Origin: Octopus bimaculoides
Taxonomy: Eukaryota
Length of the DNA stretch: 54,346 nt
NCBI RefSeq assembly: GCF_001194135.2
Contig: NC_068983.1
Location: 19,096,468-19,150,813 of the forward strand
Direction of reading: 5' to 3'
Every line of letters begins with the position of its first letter. Within the stretch, counting starts at the first letter, position 1. The translations under genes were made by a program, and so were the position numbers. The notes beneath the pieces were generated by a model. That model had not been told where the DNA came from. It saw only the letters and a program-made list of their open reading frames with translations, and searched no databases. Positions 14,056 through 26,847 of the stretch are shown here, in pieces.

Positions 14056-14172
14056 CCAGACCGTACAGTTTCGACCTCTTTATGGTTAGGTATTAAATAC
14101 TGGTCTGCTAGGCATAACACATCCATCACCGAGGATAACTGTCAAGAGGTCGAAACAGCACGGTCTGGTGGT
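14056..14172 (+). ncRNA. Decayed minimal type I hammerhead-ribozyme-like motif plus an inverted partial copy
   Basis: Stem I CCATCA (14123-28)/TGGTGG (14166-71); core CCGAGGA (consensus CUGANGA, U4 changed to C); stem II TAACT-gtcaag-AGGTC (two changes from GACCT/AGGTC); GAAAC; short stem III; GTC cleavage triplet at 14163-65. 14056-14080 is a 23/25 inverted copy of 14144-14168. Confidence 0.55.
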
Positions 14173-14374
14173 CTCGTGACTGAAATACTAAAAAACTTCT
14201 CTTCCTGCTTGCAATATATATCGCATGCAGACTGCACTGAATAAGTAGCTGGAGGATTAAACCTCCTCGGGTTACAACAGCAGTATCATCGGTTCCTAGG
14301 GAACACCCGTGTTTAGGTGGTGTTAAACAAAACTTCTTAGTATCAGTACTAGTTGGTCACTAATTGAGCTTTTC

Positions 14375-14840
14375 CCAATGAACCAGACCACTAAACACAC
14401 CATTCGCTTCTTTTAAGTAATTTTGTTTTTAGACTGTGTTTTGGTGGCTCGTCTTTGTCCAACCATTGAGCTGAACGTCTATGGTTGTTGCATAGGATCC
14501 ATTTCTCATCACATGTTGCAATTCGATTTTAAAATGATTCATTTTTCTGACAAGAAAGTAGCAAAATGCAGGCTTCCAAACGTTGCTGTTTCTGATTTTC
14601 ATTGAGTTCATGTAGAACCCACTTATCCGACCGTTTCATTTTATCGATTTGAACTAGGTAAGTGAATATTGTTTGCATGCAAATACCAAGCAACAATGAC
14701 AGTTCACTGGCACTTCGAGATGGACTAGACGGTGGCTTTTAGTTCGTCATTATCCTCTTTTTTTCCGGTCGGCCGCGTTACTCATTGTGAGGTCAAAGTT
14801 ACCAGAACGAAATTTAGCAAACCAATTTGATACTGTCTGC
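14375..14840 (-). mobile_element. Decayed mariner transposase fragment (Hsmar1/cecropia-like)
   Basis: QTVSNWFAKFRSGNFDL...DNDELKATV...KMKRSDKWVLHELNENQKQQRLEACILLLSCQKNESF*NRIATCDEKWILCNNHRRSAQWLDKDEPPKH: WVPHEL-like motif and first catalytic TCDEKW. Confidence 0.9.
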
Positions 14841-16080
14841 TATGTAATAACAATAGAATGAAATACTCCATTAATATTCCTTGTAGTTTGTGATGATGTA
14901 TTTCCAAGAAAGAACTCATATTTCAAAACTGTACAAATTTTCGACTTACCTATCTCTAAACACAAAATAGGAAAAAACCATTTATGAATACTTTATAAAG
15001 CGTAAAATGTGTTAGAATAAAGAAATAGATGTTTCAGCCTTCTAACAAAAAATAAAGATTATCAAAATATAATAATGGCAGAAAATGAGCAGCTGTCAAA
15101 TTTACCATATAACTTACTAGAAATATATCTCTGTATTGCACTCCTCTTTCTCATACACAATTACATGCTTCATCTCATTCCCAAGGGAAACTTCCAATTC
15201 CCTACTTTGTATAACTTATTCGCAGGAAAATTCAACTATGCGTTTTCACCAAACATATTCTGTTTTTCTAACGTTTTTATATAAAAGGTATAGCTCATGG
15301 AAGCGAATTGTCTACTGATCTACAATTATATTCATTTAGATTATAATCATATTACCATAAATTATTGAAATCATTAGACATTTATCTATAATAATTTCAT
15401 TTCATCTTGCCACTAGGCCACGACATCTTTGATGGACAGGCGTGTTTGATAGGTAACAGCTTGTATGATGGGAACACTACTCTATCTCACTTTGAAATCC
15501 TTGCGATAGCTTGAATCGATTTTGGAGCGTAAAACTGCATGGTACTCATGACAGATCTCCAGAAATGGGCTAAAGGGTCATATTGTGGAATATGAAATAT
15601 TCTTAATATGTCTGGAAATGGAATGCCAACATTCCACGCTTTAAGCCTATAGGTGTTCTATCATGGGCAAAGGCATGCCTCAGTTTCCAAGACATAATTG
15701 ATAGGCCACGTGTTCAAACACGTCGTCATCAGTCGTGTACGCCATTGATTACTGATAACTGGCAATATTTCAAGCAAAAGGCAACAGGTATCTCCTGACA
15801 TCGCACTATTACGCCAATGAAATGCCGTCAATCCCATAACTTCAGGCACAAGGAAGTTAGTAGTAGTGCATGTGAGAAAAGGCATAATATTCTGGTTTCT
15901 TGCATGGATATGCCCATTGTTGATGTTACATATTATTCAATCCATTGTCTTTTTTAATCAAAAATAGTCGAACATGGTAGGTCGAGGTTTCTTCTCTTAT
16001 TTTTCTCTATATTTTAGGGCGGAGGTGGGTGCGTTTTCTTTTTGAAATATTACGAATTATGGAAAAATGTATTTGCATAC

Positions 16081-16105
16081 ATTATTATGATAATGACAAC
16101 GACGA

Positions 16106-16140
<35 letters not shown>

Positions 16141-16193
16141 ACGACAACGAGAATGTGANNNNNNNNNNATTATTATGATAATGACAACGACGA

Positions 16194-16228
<35 letters not shown>

Positions 16229-16246
16229 ACGACAACGAGAATGTGA
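16081..16246. repeat. (GAC/GAT)n trinucleotide tract, duplicated across a 10-N gap
   Basis: 16081-16158 and 16169-16246 are identical either side of the gap; probable assembly overlap. Confidence 0.85.
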
Positions 16247-16394
16247 TCGGACTACGAATAACTCTCTGACTCCTTAACGTGTTTCAGCTTTAAAGTTGCT
16301 CTGATGCCAATGAAAACTTACTGCCATGCGAACCAGCAATTTTGGATTCATACAAGAAAGATACCGCGTACTGACACATATATGAGTGCGTGTA

Positions 16395-16611
16395 CGAGGG
16401 AGTGCTGGGAAGATCCTCACTTTATGGATATCGTGAAAGGCCTGGTGGGAGGCCCAAACTTCGGAATTTTTTTACAGGGTTTGGCAAATCTGAAGGACCG
16501 ATGCAATAAGTGTATGGATCTAAGAGAGGGATATGTTGAATAAAATCATAATTAACTGATCCTTCTGTATTTTCATTTATCCAAAGCCAAGTACTGTTCT
16601 GCACACCCTCG
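16395..16611 (+). mobile_element. 217-bp internally deleted mariner (MITE-like derivative)
   Basis: TA|CGAGGGAGTGCTG...CTGCACACCCTCG|TA imperfect TIRs with TA duplication; retains the transposase C-terminus QGLANLKDRCNKCMDLREGYVE*. Confidence 0.8.
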
Positions 16612-17144
16612 TATGTAGATATTATAGAGCTAACGTACACTTCATTAAAATATATCAAGTTTTGTATGAATTATATGTGGTGTGTAACACGAACAACTAA
16701 TAACGAAATATATTGTGACTTGTGGTAATAACAATAAAGTCCATTAGCGCTGAAACATTCTCGGCTTCCTCTATATCAAGGATGTTATCTATGAAATAAT
16801 GCCGAAGATCAATTTCTTGAATTTCTAAAGGATTCTATCCCTCTTAACAAAAGTTTATTTCCTGCTGTCGGAGACTACTTTCAAAATATCATTCGGGAAA
16901 AAGAAGCTTTTACAACTAATAAACAGTTAGCGGAAATGTGAAATGAGCCTCATAATACAGAATAAAAATGACATATTAATCCTATACATATGGCAACAAA
17001 GGACGGCAAATATATATCGCAAAATGCTGAATGATAGCGTCTGTAACTCAATAATGCATACATATATATACATATATAATACATACATACACACATATAT
17101 GCATGTATATGTATATGTATGTATATATATATATNNNNNNNNNN

Positions 17145-17176
<32 letters not shown>

Positions 17177-17193
17177 ATGTATATATATATATA

Positions 17194-18409
17194 TCGGGTT
17201 GAGTAAAATGTAAGCAACGTTTTCAGCGATGAAGAATTTGTTTCGGACTTTTACAGAGTTATGAATAATTTTTAAACATTTTTTTGCAATTATCTGATAA
17301 TACAGACATAGACTTGCCTAAATGTATCAATAAATTAATATTGATATTTTTTGTCACCGTTGCTACAATCGTCTGAAATGGAACTGTTTACGCGATATTA
17401 AAAAAAGGGCGTAAACAGCTGAAACAGCTGGCGATATCAATGAAACGGTTGGTGAGGAAATAATCAGTGAGTATTCAGCTCGAAAACGGCTTTAACGATT
17501 TCACAGTGGAGACCTGGGCCTTCAAAATTTTGAGCGTAGTGCACGCCCATCTTTCATCAATGACGGTCAGTTAAAAACCGTTATTGTGAAAAGTCTATGT
17601 AAAAACATTCGCGAACAGGCAAACTAACTTCAAGTTAGCCAGAAAACTGCCTTCAACTATTTGCATGCGATCGGAAATTCAAAAAAGCTCGATAAATTGG
17701 TATCACACGATTTGAATGAAAATCAGAAAATGCGCAGATATGAAATTTGCTCGTCGCTTCTTATCACTAAGCAAACTGATCCACTTTTCGACCATATTAT
17801 ACATTGCAATGAAAATTAGATTCTGTATAATAATTAAGGCTTTCTTCGCAGTGGTTGGACCAAAATGAAATACCGAAAACCTTCCCTAAATCCGAGCTCT
17901 TCAAATGGTGATTGTTTGGTGCTGTACTTCTGGATTCATCCGCCATCACTTCTTAAAACCAGGAAAAACCGTTACTGCAGAAACATATTGCCATAAAATT
18001 GCCAAAGTCAACGAAAAACTGTTCCTCCCGCGTCCGAGACTGGTTAACAGAGGATGGTCAATCATTCTACAGGACAATGCTCGACTACACGTTTCACTAA
18101 TGACATTCCAGAAGTTGAGAGAACTTGGCTACGAATTTCTTCCCCACCCAGCATATTCCCTAAACCTATCTCCTACCGACTATGCAAGACACCATCAAAC
18201 ATCAGACCGATGCTGAAAGTGCGTCCAAAGAGTTCAATCAGCTCCAGAACTCCAGCTTTTTATGTTACCTGAATAAACAAACCTGTAACTCATTGGCAAA
18301 AATGTGTTGACTGCGATGGTGCTTACTTCGATGTATAGACTTACCGCATTGTTGAAATATATTCTGATGATTTTCACGTTCAAGCGTTGCTTATTTTTTA
18401 TTCAGCCTG

Positions 18410-18410
<1 letters not shown>
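17194..18410 (+). mobile_element. Full-length but inactivated mariner element (1217 bp, Hsmar1/cecropia-like)
   Basis: 26-bp TIRs TCGGGTTGAGTAAAATGTAAGCAACG (17194-17219) and CGTTGCTTATTTTTTATTCAGCCTGA (18385-18410), each flanked by TA. Disrupted transposase ~17378-18338: RFHSGDLGL..RSARP, KKLDKLVSHDL, CNEN*ILYNN, QDNARLH, HPAYSLNLSPTDY, WQKCVDCDGAYFDV*. Confidence 0.95.
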
Positions 18411-18444
<34 letters not shown>

Positions 18445-18959
18445 TGTATGTATGTGTCCATGTATGTATGTATGCATGTATGTATGTATGTATGTATGTA
18501 TGTATTGTGTACGCGCGCACGCGCGCACGCAGGTGTTAATGTACAATAATATATGTTTACATGTATATCCATCTTAGTGCAAGTGACAGATTAATTAGTA
18601 ATCACTATTATCTTTTCCGTTGAATTTTTTATCGGTACGAATTTCATGGAAGAGTATTTATCTATGTTTTCTAGTACAGATTGCACCCATTCAGCAATAT
18701 GCATCCTGCTACTCTTTTTGGCGTCTATTCCATCAATGATTTCTAAAACAGAAGTCCAAACAGCTGCGGTTATCCGCATTAGTTGCTGATGAATTACTTA
18801 TGAGTTGTGAATAAATTTTTGTTATAAAATGCTCCTGAAAAATATAGCATTCACGCGTAATATATGTGTTTTCTTTTAACGGAAAATACAGGAAAGCCTT
18901 CATTCCTTGCAGACTGGTTTGTCATTTTTCCATATTCTAATTCACGGTTTAACGATGCG

Positions 18960-19600
18960 AAAATACGCCAACCATCAGGTCGTGACGAACATTGTGTCGG
19001 TATTTGCCCTCAGTGGTATTGATTATTGCTCCTAACTGAGCATCAAATGGCTGGCGGAGTCTGAGGTAAGTCAGCACCATTGCGCAAAAAGATATTGACT
19101 CAGTAAAACAGATGAGCTCCTGGAAGATGCTACAAGTACTGAATCTCTGTTCCCTGGAGGGAAGGCAGGGAAGGTGGGGAAGGTATGCTCTGATATACAT
19201 ATGGAAGATCTTGGAAGGTCTCGCTCCCAACTTTCTATTTAAAAGCTATAACAAATAACGAAATAGACGGTACTGTATATTACCAAAATTACAGTTTTTT
19301 TCATCTCAGATAAGCAAACAGCATTGCAACTGCTTTGGTTTCAGTAGACCACAACCTTTTAACATTCTCCCAGGTAACCTCAGAAATCTGCAAGGTGTAG
19401 ATGTGGAAACGTTCACTAATCACCTGGACAAATTTATGTCTGAAATGTCAGATGAATTTACGTCGCGTGAGGAGGTACATAGAAGAGTAGCTTCGTCTAT
19501 ATCACATTTTCACCATCCACATTACCGAATGAATAGCCTAAAACACTGAAAGGCGGTATTCTAGCATGACTCCAACCTCTGGATGAAACCAGTAAACATA
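18960..19600 (+). mobile_element. 3' fragment of a non-LTR retrotransposon (CR1/L2-group-like ORF2 C-terminus), decayed
   Basis: IDYCS*L...KDIDSVKQMSSWKMLQVLNLCSLEGRQGRWGRYALIYIWKILEGLAPNF...QPFNILPGNLRNLQGVDVETFTNHLDKFMSEMSDE resembles the LDYCSQLW/LxLYSLERRRERYxIIYIWKILEG/FKxxLDxFL tail of such LINEs. Confidence 0.8.
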
Positions 19601-19612
19601 TAAAAGTATACT

Positions 19613-20009
19613 AGGTGTGGCTTTGTTGTAAGAAGCTTGCTTGCCAACCAGAATGTTCCGGGTTCAGTCCCACTGCGTGGCACTTGGACAAAGGTATTTT
19701 TCTATAGCGTTGGTCCCACCAAAGCATTGTGAGAGAATTTGGAAGACTGAACTTGAAAGAAGCCCATCCTATATGTGTGTGTGTGTGTGAGTGTGTGTGC
19801 GTATGTGAGTGTGTGTGTATCTGTGTTTGTTCCCCCAACCATCGCTTGACAACAGATGTCAGTGTTTTTACGCCCCCCTACGTTAGCGGTTCAGCAAAAG
19901 AAAAACGATAGAATAATTACTAGGCTTACAAAAATGAGTTCTGGGGTCGATTACTGCGACTAGAAAAATTCCTCCAGCATCGTCGCAGCAAAATAACTGA
20001 AACAAGTAA
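19613..20009 (+). mobile_element. tRNA-derived SINE (family 1) with an internal (TG)n tract
   Basis: Head AGGTGTGGCTTTGTTGTAAGAAGCTTGCTTGCCAACC...GGGTTCAGTCCC (A/B-box-like), central microsatellite, tail ...GGGGTCGAT...GCAGC...CTGAAACAAGTAA shared with copies at 26500, 34470, 45112 and 53315. Confidence 0.8.
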
Positions 20010-20026
20010 TATATATATATATATAT

Positions 20027-20088
<62 letters not shown>

Positions 20089-20249
20089 AAGGCCACTTTC
20101 CTGAGGTTATAACACTACCACTGACTAATTGTACTGTGTCTGCTTGTCTTAGCTTCTATAAATGCAGGTCATTTTATATGTAGTTGTTATAGGATATTTG
20201 AGTCTTGTTAATAAATCATGTTCAGTTCTAAGAAATAAACGTTGTATCT

Positions 20250-20316
20250 ATATATTCGTCTATCTATCTATCTATGTATTTATCTATCTATTTATCTATT
20301 CATCTCTTTCTCTCTA

Positions 20317-20347
<31 letters not shown>

Positions 20348-20470
20348 GTATTTATCTATTTATCTCTTTCTCTCTATCTCGCTCTCTCTCCGTCTTTATA
20401 CACACACGCACACACACACGCACGCACACACACACACACACACATACACACACACACACACACACATATA
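20250..20470. repeat. (TATC)n-(TC)n-(CA)n compound microsatellite
   Basis: Direct reading. Confidence 0.9.
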
Positions 20471-22349
20471 CAACGGCTGCTTCCAACTGTTGCACTAAGC
20501 TTACTGTGGATATAATATACTAAAGTGCAAATATATTTAAACGGGTAATTGGTTTTCAAAAGCGATTGCTTCCTCTGATTCTACCATTTCATTGCTAAAT
20601 ATCTAATACCAATGCCATTGGTCACCATGAGTGATTAACTTTAAAATGAATACATACTCGGAGCGCAAATGCTCACGCATACATATCTATATAATCTTAT
20701 TAAATTGTGTGCATAAAACCTTATACAATCTTCAATCTCATTGTTAGGCAAAGCGCTAAAACCAAATTATGTCGTATTCTTATATAAGTTGTATTCTTCA
20801 TATCACTATCTCATTATGAGGACTATTCTGCTTCATGCACAGAGGGAGTGTCATCACCAGAAAATAGTTGGAGTGTATATGCGCATGTGTATGTGTGTTT
20901 GTGTGTGTGTGTGTCTGCATCTGTGTGTCTGTAAGTGTGCGCGCGCTCACGTCTCTGTGCCTATGTTTGTTTCTCTATCACTGCTCTCCGGCCAGTGTTA
21001 TATGTTATCATAGAAACGTAGCATTTCGACAAGAGTAAGTAAGATATACAAGTACGTTGTTTTTTCCGCTTGTATTTGTGTGTAATGCAAACTATCGTTA
21101 TTTCCATATTGTAGTCTGCGTATCTATATATGCCTAAGCGAAATATGTATTATACGTTTCAATACGCATACGTTCTCTCACCAATGAACGAACACATGTA
21201 TATATGAGCGGCTTATTCGCAATATTTTCTTCAATCATTTAGGGTCCCAAATTAAGTTTGCAGATATATACTATACCCACGACCTAAACGTGGACATGCA
21301 CACAAATATGCACACACACATACATATTTATATATATATATATACATGTTTATATGTATATATATATATATATNNNNNNNNNNNNNNNNNNNNNNNNNNN
21401 NNNNNNNNNNNNNNNNNNNNNNNNNNNNNNNNNNNNNNNNNNNNNNNNNNNNNNNNNNNNNNNNNNNNNNNNNNNNNNNNNNNNNNNNNNNNNNNNNNNN
21501 NNNNNNNNNNNNNNNNNNNNNNNNNNNNNNNNNNNNNNNNNNNNNNNNNNNNNNNNNNNNNNNNNNNNNNNNNNNNNNNNNNNNNNNNNNNNNNNNNNNN
21601 NNNNNNNNNNNNNNNNNNNNNNNNNNNNNNNNNNNNNNNNNNNNNNNNNNNNNNNNNNNNNNNNNNNNNNNNNNNNNNNNNNNNNNNNNNNNNNNNNNNN
21701 NNNNNNNNNNNNNNNNNNNNNNNNNNNNNNNNNNNNNNNNNNNNNNNNNNNNNNNNNNNNNNNNNNNNNNNNNNNNNNNNNNNNNNNNNNNNNNNNNNNN
21801 NNNNNNNNNNNNNNNNNNNNNNNNNNNNNNNNNNNNNNNNNNNNNNNNNNNNNNNNNNNNNNNNNNNNNNNNATATATATATATATATATATATATACAT
21901 ACATACATGCATACATACCAACCAGGATACCTACATAACTACATACCTATATCCATACATACATGCATACATACATGCTTACATGCATGTATACATACAT
22001 GCATACATACATACATACATTCATACATACATACATGCATACATACATATATACTTACATACATACACACATATTCATATTTCAAACTGAAAACAAACGC
22101 CAAATAAAGCATAAAGTTTCAAAATACTCATTTCTGAATTGCATCTCACTGATACGGATTAATTGATAACTCTTTCAAGCTTCATCGAATTTCCATTTAA
22201 CGCTTAACGATAGATTTTCTTTACACATCACAAAATAGCTCGGCATGAAACAATTATTTTCTGTATAACGCTCTACTGCTCTCACTTCCATCTCCTTTAA
22301 GAAGAGCTGTTTGAAAGTATTTCCGCACTCTTTTACACTACTGTATATC

Positions 22350-22545
<196 letters not shown>

Positions 22546-23178
22546 TGTTATAGTATTTGTTTTTGTTCTAATTATAGCCATTAATAAGGTACTGTTTGTG
22601 CGATATTAGAATATTATTTCGAAAAATCAAATCGAAAGCAAAGAAGAAAAGGAAGAGCCGTATCAAAAAGCAACGGATGACAAAAATATAAAATAAAACA
22701 CTGAATTTTACCCCCAAAAAATAAATATGTAAGACTTATATGAGAAAAATCAGAAGAAGAGTAATTTTCGTTTCCGAACAATGGTAATTTAATGCTAACT
22801 TGCACGAAAATCTTAGAAATTTAACAAAAATATTGCAATGAAAATCTAAAGAAGGGGAAAATAATAAAAGTATACATAATACAAGAGATGGACAAAGAAA
22901 CATGCTATAAATATTGTCTTCTACTCAATGAAGCGAAGAATAGAAGAAAAATAATGTCGAAAAATACATTTAAAAAAAAATGATTTCAATAGAGCTGTTC
23001 TGACCTATAAACTCGTTGCCAGTTATAAGGAACAATTTGACGTTTGGGTGAGATGTGAGGTGAATGAATTCAATCGTATTTTAATGGCGTTTAGTCTTCA
23101 AGAATAAATTTCTCATAGTTTTTGTTATACGTAAACAAACACACATGTATACAACTCGCAATTACTCATACACATATA

Positions 23179-23266
<88 letters not shown>

Positions 23267-23724
23267 GTGTGTGGTGGAGGTGCATGTATCGATATATATG
23301 CATCAATCTAAAAATGCCTACATATTTATTTATATGCATGTACAAATATATATGTATACTTACATATAGAAGCATACACAGATTATAGTAGCAATTACGT
23401 TATATTTAAATGCACTTGCCAATGAATGAATGAATGTACTATGTCTGCCGGTCTTAGTGTGTGCAAACGCAGGTCATTCCATGTTTACTTTTACAGTATA
23501 TTGCATATATTATTAGACTCCTTGTATGTAACTTCTACTAACATAAAAGAAATAAATATTGATATTCATACATGTACATTAACATTTGTGTATATNNNNN
23601 NNNNNATATATATACGTGTGTGTGTATGTACGTATATACGTATATATGCATACGTAAATAGATAGATATGCATATGCCTATATATATATATATATGTGTG
23701 TGTATGTGTGTGTCTATACATATA

Positions 23725-23759
<35 letters not shown>

Positions 23760-24074
23760 ATGTATGTATGTACGGCATTATACCAGTAACATTAATTGAG
23801 GTTTTAATTTGAGTTCGTCGCCACTGGTGTCCAATTGCTACTTATTTCACCGATTTAAAAGAATGAAAAGAATGTAAAGTCGGTCTCGAATTGATTTAAA
23901 CACAGAGTGTAAAGAACAGAAGGAACACCACAAAAGAAATTCTTCTACATGCGAAGAATTTTGCCAACACACCACATATACATACCTACATGCACAGACA
24001 CATACACACACAGACACAGACACACACACACACACACTAACACACGTACAAACACAAAAGCACATATAATTCAA

Positions 24075-24232
24075 GGCGTGTGGCTTAGTGGTTAGGCTTA
24101 GTGGCTTACGACCGTAAGGACGTGAGTACAAATCCCAGCCACGCGTTGTGTCTTTAATCAATACATTTAATTTCACGTTGCCGCATTCCACTCAGCTGCC
24201 GGAAATGAGTATTGCCTGTACTTCTGTTGTAT
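24075..24232 (+). mobile_element. tRNA-derived SINE head with a CORE-like central region
   Basis: GGCGTGTGGCTTAGTGGTTAGG (A box)...GAGTACAAATCCC (B-box-like)...GCGTTGTGTCTT...TTTCACGTTGC...CCACTCAGCTG...AATGAGTA. The CORE assignment is from recall. Confidence 0.65.
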
Positions 24233-26499
24233 CACCAACTTTTAGGACGATACGTTTTTACACTATACCCGTGTAGTAACAATAGAATATATAACGAAGC
24301 AGGGTAGCAACAACGTAACAATCCAACAAACTCTCCACGAACTTTACCCGAACCAACAAACGATATTCTGCCAAACAACCAAAACGACACCTTACGACTT
24401 CCTGCGATTAATGTCTACTCCCTCCTATCTCACTCAGACCACTACTGTTTATATTCATTCGGTCAGTTTATTTTTTTGCAGGTGGCGTCGTGTCTCTCGC
24501 CACAACATCTCACCCTTTGAAATTTCGACTTCTGTAGGGAACGAAATCTGTTCTATTTTATTATTATTATTTTATTGTTATGAATTCCAACATCTTTCCC
24601 TGTTGGAGATGTTGCTTTCCTGGTGAGTTTAACAACATTACCACTTAAGAATTATTTCTAAATGTTCAGTCTGATTACGTTTTGTATTACTGCTGCTTCT
24701 AAGGCTCAATCTCTTATGGCGCTGGCTCATCGAACATGTAAAACACCTTCATTGGAATTTCGTTCCTTTCTTCATTGTGTGTAGTTTTTAATTGATTTAG
24801 GTGCCATTTATGGTCCCATCGTTGACCTTTTATCATATACATCACGTTTCTAATGTTATGTTGATATATAACTCTTTATAACTTGCAAACAAGCACACAC
24901 TTACATATCAACAATTGGCTAATACAGATGCGTCTCCTCTCTAATACTACATCTACATCAAATCCCACAAAATTTCACACTCTATACCTCTCAAAACATG
25001 CTTCGAGACTGTCCTGTTTATAATTGTAACGGTCATTTACATTAAAAAAAATGTTTCATACACTTCAAATTCAAGCTGACTGACAGAAATAGGACCTGTA
25101 ATATCCGTATGCACCCCTCAGTGGTTCGTATTCTAGATAAGATAATTAATTTTTTGTCTGCGCATGTAATTAGAAATCATCCCCATGTACAATGTATTTG
25201 TGCTAAACGCAATGCATGATAGACTGCGTGTATGTAATAGGAATTACAGCAATCTAAAAAGTGTTAAAGCAATCTAATAAGTGAAGCTCTGTCAAGTGTC
25301 ATTGGCACTGATGCCTATAATGAAAAATATTCGGCATTTTATTTGAACATTAATATCATATAGATCTCGTATGAAATTAACAACGTCTGTTTGTTCTTAT
25401 AAATATTAATTATTTCGCTTCAAGATTCATTTTGCGGGGAATATATCAGAAAAAAGTAAGAGAAATGCTTTATTAAGTAACATAAGGAATTACATGATAT
25501 TCCTGTTAAATTTCTCTGCATAGTGTATGATTTCAGAAACTCTTGCATACATTTCATAACTTTCTCTGCAGTAAGGAAACCAACGTCATAATAAATACTT
25601 TCTTAAGATATGTCAATTAATTATTTTCGACAGAATATATGAAATTAATTCACCTCGTATGTGTCATGATGAATTTGAATAAATAAGTTTTCTTATCATG
25701 TAGACATAGCATCAAATGCCTACAGCGTACATTTCTCAGACAGTAAGAGATCATCGCGTACATCGCTCTAGATTATGTATATAAAAGTTACATTTATTGG
25801 GGCTTCAGCAATCAATAAAATGCTACTTTGTATTGACGAAATAAATGCGTCACATGATTATATAAGGTCGGATATCTCTATATACATCTTTCTTTTTTCT
25901 TTCTTTCGTTCGGTCTCTTCCTCCTCTTTCTCTCTTTCTCTCTCTCTCTCTATATATATATGTGTGTGTGTATGTGTGTGTGTGAGTGTGAGTGTGTGTG
26001 TGTGTGTGCGTGCGTGTGTGAGGTTATATATATATATATGTATATGTATGTATATGTATATGTATATATATATATATATGCGAGTAAAAATAAATACAAA
26101 AAAGGTGTTTTTTTTGTATGATTGTGTATAGAGGAATATATTATTTTGTTTAAAAGAGTTCCANNNNNNNNNNNNNNNNNNNNNNNNNNNNNNNNNNNNN
26201 NNNNNNNCTGTTTTTTTATGTTTTATTTATATTCCCGCAGAACCAATGTGGGGTATAGAATATGGAATATACAATATATAATATAATATACAATATATAA
26301 TATAAAATAAAATAAAATAAAAATGGATGGCACCATGAAATTAAGTATTGAATGTAGATGAAATATTGAGTGTTCAATATAAAGGATCAAATATATAAAT
26401 ATAAATATATATAAATATATAAAGGCGACTCGAGTTTCAGGGCTATTTCCCTTCGTCATGGCCGGTATGACAGACTTTGGATATATACATATTTATATA

Positions 26500-26604
26500 T
26501 TCTTTTATGTGTTTCAGTTATTTGACTGCGACCATGCTGGAGCACCGCCTTTAGTCGAATAAATCGACCCCAGGACTTATTCTTTGTAAGCCAAGTACTT
26601 ATCC
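26500..26604 (-). mobile_element. SINE 3' tail (family 1) abutting the truncated end of the mariner
   Basis: GTTTCAGTTATTTGACTGCGACCATGCTGGAGCACCGCCTTTAGTCGAATAAATCGACCCCAGGACTTATTCTTTGTAAGCC is the reverse complement of the tail at 19920-20009. Confidence 0.75.
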
Positions 26605-26847
26605 TAAATGTCTGTTTAAAAGTTTGACCCGATGGAACGAAGACTGTGTGGACAATTCTTTTCGTATCAATGAAACAAATCGACATTGTTTTGACATTGG
26701 ACTTCATTTGATGGAATTATGGGGAAGGGCGTAGTGACATTGAACGCTTCTATTGACTTGACTACTGCTTTGTTTCCCGGTTGTAGCTGTAGCACCAGCT
26801 TTTGTCACCAGTGATGACCTTCATAAAAGGTTCGTATTAACTTCCAA

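Noticed and set aside
19160-19185. G-rich GGAAGG repeats as a G-quadruplex
   Set aside because: A small local duplication inside the LINE relic with mostly two-G runs.
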